Part shown: piece after piece, positions 54,401 to 64,000 of the stretch | Layout of the letters: every line of letters begins with the position of its first letter | How positions within the stretch are numbered: the first letter of the stretch is position 1 | Notes under the pieces: model-generated | Databases searched by the model: none | What the model was told of the DNA's origin: nothing | The model's input: only the letters and a program-made list of their open reading frames with translations | Source of the DNA: Dimorphilus gyrociliatus | Taxonomy: Eukaryota; Animalia; Annelida | Direction of reading: 5' to 3' | NCBI GenBank assembly: GCA_904063045.1 | Contig: CAJFCJ010000003.1 | Location: 1,364,001 to 1,428,000 of the forward strand | Length of the DNA: 64,000 nucleotides | Program-made: the position numbers and the translations under genes

Positions 54401-56251
54401 TAGTTTAATGCGCAAGGTTCAGTATTTTTAAATTTTCCTCCTTCAATATCTTTTATATTGGTAGTTCTACGGAAAGTTTTATCGTGCAATAAAATAAGTT
54501 CGCCATCCGCTGTTTGAACGACGTCAGATTCTAAAACGAAAGCTCCGTGTTCTAAGGCCTTATTAAAAGAGTATATGGTATTTTCAGGGCCTATTGCTGA
54601 TGCCCCTCGATGAGCGACGAATCTAGGTTTGGCTGATATCTGGGACGTAAAACAAGGCGATTCGATTCCAATAGCAAAAAGATAACAAAATAGCATGATA
54701 ATTGCATATATAGTCACTAAGGCTGCTTTATGGACTTTTTCTTGTAGCGTAACGTATTTGTTACCTACAAGCCAAGAACAACCAGTAAGAAAGACAACCA
54801 CCAACATCCATACGAAGGGTGCCATTGCCATCATGGATTGATTAAGAAGGGGGTAACCCTCCTTATAGATCTTTGATAAGAGAATCACAAATATTACACA
54901 CATTATAATTATCAAGGTGAAAACACCTCTATGCAGTATATGAATATATAATTGATATCCAAGAATTAAGTGACTAATAAGGAGTATTGCTATTAGTAAT
55001 AAATATGCAAAAGTTGTTCCCGTAAGGGCTAAAACAAGTCTGTAAACGTCCAACCATTTGTGAAGTTTCTCAAAGACATACCTATAAAAGATGAGATTTT
55101 ATTAATAATTTGGAATTATATTATACAGATTAACAACATGCATCGTAGATAATTTGGTATTTAGTGTTGACGCCCTAAAGTTGTATACCTACATAGTTCT
55201 AACAAATCTATAGTTCTAGGTATACATATTTCATCAAAGAGCAAATATCTTTTTATACGATATAAGAGTTTTTGCATAAATTATTCTCGAATTATTCTCC
55301 TACCACCCCCTCTTTCATAGAAAATAAACTATTCTTTCAATTTCAATGATATATAAATATATCGTTTTCAAGAATGCACCTAAGGGAGACACATTAAATA
55401 AGAGGATATATTTTTAAACAAAAGAAAATACAATTATCTTGCTTTGTGATATTTACATTGACCTAATAAAGATAATTATAGTACATTATTTATAAAACTT
55501 TGTTTTGTATAACTAGTTTACAGTAGCATAAACATAACTAAGGGTAATATAGGACATTTGGGTTACCAAAGTGAAAATAATATAACCTTTTAGAAAAAGA
55601 ACCAAGTCAGTTTACACAAATAAAAATATAGGAATAGTACAAACTAGAATTGTCTTTGTTAAATAAACTACTAGATCTGATTAGATAAGAGAATCGAAAA
55701 CTGATTGTTTTCATTGTTTCGTTTAAGAATCAGTAAACCAATTAATGTTCTTGGTTCACTAATTTCAAATAAGTACCGTAAACATTAAAGAAATATAGCA
55801 AACATTAATCAAGCCAGTTTAAGTGTAAATTGCTATAGCTATTAATAAACTGCCATATTTATAACAATTTTTATGTTATAACTATAATACCATTAGTTTC
55901 TAGGACAATCGGTTGAAGGTTATTGATCGGCTATGGAATGTATTCAATAACTTTGGCCTCTACATATTATTCAAGTTTACGTCCTATATTAACTTACCAA
56001 TTAATGTTATTCGAATCATTTTTGATAGCAATCCAATAGAGGAACCAAAAAACAATAAATGCTAGCGTTACCAAAAAGTATATAATCCATAAAATGTGTT
56101 CCCATCTTGTGGCATGTCTAGATTGCCTATACCTTTTCCACCTACATCCCAAGCAACCAGTTATACATTGACTAACGTAATGATGCCTGTAGCCACTTTG
56201 AATTTTCCTTTTTATGGATCCTCTCATTTTTCGTAACAGATGACTAATCAT
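51430..56251 (-). CDS. GDPD5: Multi-pass glycerophosphodiester phosphodiesterase (GDE2/GDPD5 family), 3 exons (55997-56251, 53717-55081, 51430-51715; approximate)
   Basis: CITGCLGCRWKRY..WEH..NDSNNINW matches the GDPD5 N-terminus. Catalytic AHRGASAIGPENT, LESDV and LLHDKTFRRTTN are present. The last exon joins in phase 2 (GC|C RRHRL). Confidence 0.9.
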
Positions 56252-56770
56252 GAAAGGAATGTATTACTATTGTAAATTCATTTCTTCTCGAAGCGACACA
56301 TTTTCTCTTTAACAAATCTGATTCCAGCAAATGCACAGCTTGTTGATTAAAATAAAAGTGTGCTTTCGATAAGAATCGGAAAAGTGAGGTAGGAGGATAT
56401 GTTTCGTCGTATGATTCGGTGTTAGTTTAGTTGTCGTCTGCTAAAACGGACTATTTTTTATTGATTAACCAAATTTTTTTAAATAATTTTTATTCTCTAA
56501 TTATATATTATGATATATTTTTTCAAACTGAAATAAATATATTACATGTATTAATTTTCATTTGTAGGTGGCGCCCCAAATTAGGGTAACGTATTAGGCC
56601 TATTCGGCAAAGGTAACGCTTGGCGCAAGAATACACGTTATACGGTTAAGCAGCCATCAGTTACGTGGTGGAAGAGAGTTAAATTAGCGTTTTAAAGTTG
56701 TTTAACGATATTAATAAGTTACGTAATAATGAAAAATTCTCGATAAAGTGTTCAAAGATAATTATTAAAC

Positions 56771-57981
56771 ATGGAAACTATGCAAGCCTTATCGGATCGT
56801 GGAGAACAGGGCCTCCAAAAGAATCAGGTACAAAATTTTAATTGACTGAGTACTATTTTTGGTTACGTCTTACTAATTGTACTACTAAGAGTTGTTTTAT
56901 GGCAAGTGTAAAGTTTTATCTAAATGATGCAATGTTCTATAGGTCCTACTATTTCAACAAGATACAAATGAAGAGTTGATGAAACTTTTTGATGTCGTGA
57001 AGGACATACATTCTAATCAAGAAAATGCGTCTTGGAGAAATAAAGTGCTACCAAAGTCTTTTTTTGATCCCACGGCACATAGACGCGATGCCGAATGTCA
57101 AGGCCACCACAGGCAAAATTCTGCACCTGCCCTTCTTGACAGGTCCAGTTTATCAATAGCGCCACCTGTTCGCCACCAAAAACAGACTTCTTCGGTTAAC
57201 GAAGAAACTTGGAACTTGAAGAACACGGCCGAATCGAATCAATGGCAACCAACCCATCAAAAAGCCAACAGCAGCCCTTCTCAACTTACCCCTCCAGCCG
57301 GATACATAGCTGCATTACCTTTGGGTTGGGAGCAAGCTGTTACCCCGCAAGGTGAGGTCTACTTCATAAATCACATGAAAAAGGAGACATCTTGGTATGA
57401 TCCAAGACTGCCGTCGACACTTCAAAAAAGTGGTATGACGGAAGCGTTTCTTAAAGACCTGCATAAGAAAGCAATCGAATCTCAGAGACAACAGTCTATT
57501 GGAAAAGAGTTTATCCGAAAGGAAATCGAAAGAATAAGTGTTCTTCGGCAACAGGTGTGTACTTAATTTCAAAAAGCTGTGTTGTATTTTCTGTTCAAAT
57601 TTTTAACTAAATCTCTCAAATTATAAAGATTCGTAAAAGAGACGAAGAGCTTGCCAAGGAACATGAACAACTATTACAGCAGTTGAAGATAAGCGAACAT
57701 AGCAATGAAACTCTGGTGCATACCCGTCAAAACTCTGCTGATTCTGGTCTTGGAGGGGTATACAGTTTACCGAAACAATCTCTCACCGAACAAACTGAGA
57801 TGGATAGCAAAGACATGACAGAAATTGCGTCTAATGATGTGCTTGCAATGGAACATGATGATATGATACCGGTATATATAAAACAAGTATAATTTATGCT
57901 TTTTGACAAAATGTATTTTTTTAGGCTGAACTATTGAATTTATCAAATGTGGATGATGTCGACAAATCAACATGGCTTTAA
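56771..57981 (+). CDS. YAP1: YAP/Yorkie transcriptional co-activator with a single WW domain, 4 exons
   Basis: TEAD-binding helix and omega loop (DTNEELMKLFDVV..WRNKVLPKSFFDP), HxRxxS sites, WW LPLGWEQAVTPQGEVYFINHMKKETSWYDPR, coiled coil, HTRQNSADSGLG degron region and PDZ-binding end KSTWL*. Confidence 0.93.
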
Positions 57982-58199
57982 CGAAATTTTGTAGATTCAT
58001 ATTGGATCACGTGTTCAAAAAAAACAAGATTTAGTGAAGATTTAGCGTTTCATCACCATAATTTCTACCTCCGTCAGATGAACGTTTGTCTCGTTTTTAT
58101 TTTTTTTTTCATTCAATGCTCCCAGTTTGTTTTTTTTTTGTTTTGTTTTATTTTTTGAGATTTATATATAGAAATTATTAAATATATATAAATATATAT

Positions 58200-59606
58200 T
58201 CATACCAAATACGGATTAACTTTTTTCTCGCCCAAAGATGAGTATTGCCCAATGTGCAGAAAAACATTTGGGCTAACTAGTTTTGCTTTCCAATTTTCTC
58301 TCTCCAGAAAGTCGGCTATAGCCTTATCTTTTGGATAAGAGAGGCCACATTTGACATTTTGGAGGAATTGAACAAGGGCCTTTCCACCTGCTCGACTGAA
58401 TAGTAAAGCAGGTGTACAACAGCTTGGTGATTTAACAAACCTGTTCATAATATTCAAGTTAAATAGAAAATCTGTCAATTTCTATTACTTATTAAAAAGA
58501 ATAGATTAATACCTATAAAACTGAGGATGTATCCTTAGAAGTTCCAGTAAATTAGCTCTCCCAATGCACAGTAGCACCAGCATTGAATAAAAAGTCCAAA
58601 ATATGTAAATTGTTTTGATATTTGATTGCTTAAAATATCGCTTAGTTATTAGCGTTATAATCGCAGAAATAAATAAGCCTGCTGCTAGCAGTTCAGGCAA
58701 TCTGTCTGGTTCATAAGCATTCAAATAATTTAATATTCTGTCTGGATGATACAATTTAATAAATGCTAATCTATCATCAGATTTAACAAGTTCTCCCAGC
58801 GAAAAACTAAAGTTATAACGGTATTTAATAGTGTAATCCAGAACAGGTAAGAAGTGATCTAGGGGATAAGCATCATCTTCTGCAAGAAGGACATACTTTG
58901 CAGAAGTTTTTAAAGCTGAATTTAAACAAAACGCATAATCTTCTTTCTCTTTCTCTAAGATGTGTTTCAGAGAAAGGTTAAGGTGTGAAAACCTCGATAT
59001 CACATTCACATAGTTAGATAACATCTGAACATCCTTATAATTTTCCGGGTCCATATCCACGTTACATATAGTTATATTGATATTCAAATTAAAGTCTTTC
59101 TGCTGCAGAGACAGAAAAGTGATTGAAGAAAAATGATATATTTGAATGATATAATATTAAGTTAATACATGAAAAACTAATGACTTTCAATCACTTTCCT
59201 GTTTAGCATCTTGTAGCAATTGCAGATATTTAGCTACCACTTGTGTTAAGTACTTTGGTTCATATTTTCCGATTTGATGATGACTATTTCTTGCAACGGT
59301 TATGATTGTTATACCTACGTCTGTGGACAACCCATGCCTCCCTGTTGCATCTAATAAGCCGTGAAGCTGAAACGAGTTAATATTTTCAAGGAACTTGTAT
59401 GAATCTTTAAGCCTCTTTGTATTCTCATTTTCGAGATCCCTTGACTTTTGGTCAGAAAATATTTGCAGGTGGTAAAAAGAATATTGTAAATTGAACAACA
59501 AAATTGGTAAAATTATTCCAAAGGTTAAGCCGTAAAGCAAAAGACAAAAACGTCTTAAACGCAGATTCCAGATGTACAGCAAAAATAACTCAAGTCTTGT
59601 TAGCAT
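58200..59606 (-). CDS. PGAP4: GPI-GalNAc transferase PGAP4 (TMEM246), 3 exons
   Basis: ITIITVAR..KYLTQVV, CNVD, EKEKEDYAFCL, YVLLAEDDAYP, FIKLYHPDR, CCTPALLF, CGLSYPKD and PNVFLHIGQYSSL match PGAP4. Confidence 0.93.
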
Positions 59607-59946
59607 ATTGAATTTATAATGAAAGAAATTGTTAGTAAAGAGACAGAAAGAGAGACAATTCTTGTTTTACAAGTCTTCTGCATTTGTATTTGAAGGATAG
59701 GGGAACCCCTCTAAACTGCTATAGACAAATCTCCCAAAGTAACGTGTTTTAACAAAATGTCTCGTATAGGCTAAAATGGCAGTTCTCGCCGATAATATGC
59801 GCTATTCTTATTAATGTAAATAATAGAAAGTACACTGTTATAGAAAGATACCTCAAAGGAATTATCAAGTAAGTAATGTTTCCACTTATTTACCTTTTCA
59901 AGAAATGATCACTTCTTGTATTTAATGGGAAATCATGAAGTTATTG

Positions 59947-59974
59947 GTCACGTGCCCCGGGTTGAACCACGTGG
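59947..59974. promoter_or_regulatory. Pair of CACGTG E-boxes in the PGAP4/PGC-1 divergent region
   Basis: GTCACGTGCC (CLEAR-like; core 59949-59954) and CCACGTGG (core 59968-59973) in a GC-rich patch. PGC-1 family genes are bHLH-ZIP targets in vertebrates. Confidence 0.4.
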
Positions 59975-60081
59975 CCGTTGATTAATCAGTTTTTTGTCAA
60001 ATTTGGATGAAAAGCGTGACGAGTACTTTATTGTTTCAGATAATTTAGGAAATTTCTATCGTATTAGTAGCAATTACACCA

Positions 60082-63000
60082 ATGAATAACGCTGAAATAA
60101 GTATAGAAGAGGTGCTTTCATCCGATAAGCAAGTGAGTCTATAAGGTTCAATGACCGTAACCAAAAAATAATATAATTAATTTTTTTTCAGCCTACTAGT
60201 ATTATTATGGATTGTGACATATTTGAAGATCATCACTTAAAGAGGTATGCATATCTTACAGGAATTTCTAATAGTGTCAAGAAGGAAAAACATGTAAAAT
60301 AATCACAAACATAATAAATAGCATATTTTCGACTGATAAATAGACTAATTCCGACAATTTGATTTGTTAATTGCGTATTGTTAAAAGAAACAGTAATTTT
60401 ATATCATTTTTTAAAATTAAACAATGAAGCTTTATACCTTATTCAAAACAGAATGCTGTTATTTAGAAACTGCCATTTTATAAAATCAATTTACTTACTA
60501 CAGTACTATTAATTTAAACTAAAGCTTGCCTATATATCACCTACAGCATGGATTCTTATGGAATAGATGATTTATCCGCTAATAATCTTGATAATATTTC
60601 AACCAATGGTAAGTATACCGGTATATAAACGAACTCAATAGGTGTTAATTTGACAACATAAATTGAGTTAGTTGAATTAAAGTGTATAGCACATCAAAGT
60701 TGAGCATTACAAAGGTGTCTTTTATTTCAGGTGAAATACAAGCGTTCGACTCGGAGGGTTTATTAAATCAATTTGAATCTTACTGCAATACGAATACATT
60801 ACAATGGTAAAATCGTGGTTTAGTAGAATACAACCTGATTTTCCATTTGCTATATTACAGCATAGATAACAACAAATTGACTGTAACCAAGCCCGACATT
60901 AATGCTGTTGTAATGTTTGAACAACCCCGAGCCGTGTCACTTCTGCAAAAAAGAGAAAATTGCAAAACAAAATGCATCATACCAAAAAGGGCGAAACGAG
61001 AGGTTATCGTAAAAAAGGCCAACTATAAAATATTGAAAGATGCTCTTTCAAAAAATTCATTACCTTACCAAGATACTGTTTGTGAAACAGATAGTTATTT
61101 CGGTGATCATAATTACTCTCTCCCACCTTGGAAGGATTCTAACCTTTTATTTCTGTGGGGTAATAATCAGGATGACAATGTAAACTACATAGACAGCTAT
61201 AAAGATAATAAGGAAGCCATAACTATGGAAGATGATAATATAGAGAATATGCATAATATGGATACATCAATACTTTTTGACCAGAGGCTAAGCTACATTG
61301 AAAATAATGATTTTGAAGAATCATCGGATATTGTAGATAATTCATTGGTTGATAGTAAAGAGAGACTTAGAGAACTAATATCTCAATGCAATAGCACGAA
61401 TATTAACGAATCTATGCAACATTACGATAAAGATAACAATTCTGTCTCAGATAAAAAACATAATAAAATTATTAAGGAAGAGAATATTAAATCAGATAAA
61501 ACTGCAGAAGACTTTATAAAAGAGCTTTCGAAAGAAAATTTAGTGCGTAAAATTCCTAAGAAAATCAAGAGAGCAACATCTGCCGATACTATTATAGAAA
61601 CTAACGAACAAGTAGAAAGAAATAACAACTCTGATAGTTCTAATAATGCCAGCAACAAAGATGCTATCAGAAATATCAAATTAAAGCTAAATAAGAAACG
61701 TAAAAGTTCGACCGATTTAAATATTCCTAAACGGAAACCAATTAAGAAACGAAGAGAATCTATTCATAGATTTAAATCGTTTGAAGAAAAGAAACATGAA
61801 ACAACTCGTGTTCGTAGAATTTCCAAGTCAGAAGAAAAGACTCTAGATTCTAAAACATTTTACAATCATAATAAAAAACTTATATCAAAACGAGAGAGTA
61901 AGAACGTGAGTAAGGACGAATTTCTTGCTAAAATCATGGCTCGTTGGAAAAAGGAATCAGTCAAAAGCAATACTCCTGTTGACATGGAAATATGCAGTGA
62001 TAAAGAAGAAGAGGAAAAAGACGAGAAAGAATGTGAAGAAGTTAGTACTGATGAGCCAATCGGTGAGATAACAACGCATGTTGACGGTACGCCTATTGTT
62101 GACGGTCTAAGCGGATGTTTGAAAACCGCAAAGCCGAAGCTAGTAGTATTTAAAGATATAGAACCTTCAAAAAAGAATACGAAGAAAAAGGCTCTAACTT
62201 GGGAACAATATAGGGCAAAAAAACAAAAGTCAGGCAGTCAGGTTGAAAATAACAATGGTGAAGACGATAAGAAGTCAGGTGGCAGTCGTCTTGAGACTGA
62301 AGTGAAAGAAGAACAGGCAGCCAGTTTAGATTCAGACTTGGAGCCAGGTGAAATTATATGTGATATAACTAGTTCAATGAACGAAGACGTAAATATGGAT
62401 AAAGTTGAAAAAGTTATTGATAATGACAAAACAGAATCAAATATTTCGAACGATGATAAAACTCGAATTTCCTTAGGAGAGAATGAGGACGAAGCAACTG
62501 ATGAAGTTGAGTCTCTTGTTAGGTGCTATGATCGTTTACAGGAATCTGAGACCTCGACTACAAACGAAGATGCAAGCAATAAACAAGCACATAATAATTC
62601 AGGAAGTGTTTTCAACAAAGTTGAAATTTCGTTTATTGACAAAAAATCATCAGAAAAGAAACATTCTTCTCTAATATTTTCTAAAAGGGATTCTAGCCCA
62701 ATATCAACAGACTTGCATAATAAACTGCCCGCCTATCATTCCGATTTCAGCAATAGCACTAAATTTGATGAAGATGACTTAAATGATTCTTATTCTTTCT
62801 CGAGATCTTGTTCATCAGAGAGTGAATCTTCCTATAGCTCTTCCTCCGATTCGTCTTCGGAAGACGAAAGAGATCGCGAAAGGCGATATAGAAGACGAAG
62901 GAAAAGCAGCTACAGCTTTTCATCCGGATCTTCCGGTTCTTGGTCTAGAAGTAGATCTCAGTCTCCAGATATTGACAAATGGCAAAGCTCTGTTCAGGAA

Positions 63001-63672
63001 GAAAGACGCCGTAAAAAGCAGGATCAAATTGTTCGTCTAAGCTTTTAAAGCTTATATTTAAAATTTTATTAATATTTCATTTTTACTTTAAGGAACAAAG
63101 ACGGATAGTCTACGTTGGACGATTGCCAGACAGCATAACGAAGAGAATCTTACGTGAAAATTTTGAGCAATTCGGAAAGATCGAATGCTGTAGTCTACAT
63201 ATGAGAGAGTGCGGGTAATGCTTTTTATATTTTCCTTGTACCATAATTAATTATTAATTCTATATCATTTCAAATAGGGATAACTACGGCTTTGTAACTT
63301 TCGTTTCAAAGGAAGATGCTTTTACAGCAATAGAACGTTAGTCAATTAAAGATAAATTAAGAATCATATAATTAATTATACTATAAAATTGTGACAGGAG
63401 GAAATCAATGTAAAGGAATGGAAAAATATGATTTATGTTTTGGTGGTAGACGACAGTTTTGTGGTTCTCAATATGCTGATTTAGGTAATTTTTCACACAA
63501 ACTCCCTTACTCTCCCCTAAAGTAAATTATTCTTTATTTATTATTAGACGGTGATAAAGAGGAAGAAGAAGAATTGGCAACTGGTGTTCCTGAATACAGA
63601 GGCCCTGTAAGTGCAGAGTCAGAATTCGATGCCTTACTACAACAAGCTCTGGCTAGAACTCGGAGGAAATAG
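60082..63672 (+). CDS. PPRC1: PGC-1 family coactivator (PPARGC1/PPRC1/Spargel), about 9 exons
   Basis: Ser/Arg-rich tract, RRM (EQRRIVYVGRLP..FGKIECCSLH..GDNYGFVTF), YDLCFGGRRQFC..YADL and C-terminal FDALLQQAL. Two extra 5' exons (60082-60132, 60191-60243) join in phase to the exon at about 60547. Confidence 0.9.
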
Positions 63673-64000
63673 TCAAGTTACATTTATTTACCCATAGTAC
63701 ACAAAAATGTACTAAACATAAATGGGAATTCAGGTTCTTTAACAAATAAACTATTCATTTTTTTGCTATCTGAATAAAAGGATATTTTGGATCGATAATA
63801 AAAAGAATCAATGTTTGTTACTATAAATTGTTTTGATATTGTGTTATCTTGTCTAGCCTTGACTTATAAAAAGCGTAAAAAAACATTATTTATTCTTGAA
63901 ACTAGGTTAATTAATTTAGGGATCAAGTTAACATTTTATTTATTTTTCTAAATAGCAACATCACTAGGGAAATAAGTTCTTAATTTATTGTTTATAGTCG

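Overview
AT-rich, gene-dense animal genomic DNA with many short (about 50-100 nt) introns; no transposon, CRISPR array, tRNA or rRNA was recognised. I traced 20 protein-coding genes by hand, in this order: CSGALNACT (5'-truncated, +), CDC45 (-), INPP5F/SAC2 (+), CDPF1 (-), NAMPT (+), MANF (-), TRAPPC4 (+), AP5S1 (-), SDHAF4 (+), an orphan intronless multi-pass membrane protein (+), FGFRL1-like (+), TUBGCP3 (+), ERCC3/XPB (-), RNF145 (+), a biogenic-amine GPCR (+), C6orf163-like (-), GDPD5-like (-), YAP/Yorkie (+), PGAP4 (-) and PGC-1/PPRC1 (+). Gene content and compaction suggest a miniature lophotrochozoan genome such as the annelid Dimorphilus; this is inference only. Most notable observations: (1) among roughly 95 introns traced, one appears to require a GG 5' splice donor (GPCR) and another is best explained by a GA donor (PGAP4); (2) a very tight AP5S1/SDHAF4/orphan cluster with probably interdigitated first exons and a possible dicistronic SDHAF4-orphan transcript; (3) a candidate box C/D snoRNA in a TUBGCP3 intron; (4) an over-represented TAGGCCTA palindrome near regulatory genes; (5) a single-WW YAP with HxKxxS sites; (6) unannotated exon chains at 48.6-50.7 kb. 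Homology calls rest on my recall of family sequences, not database searches, and exon boundaries were derived manually.
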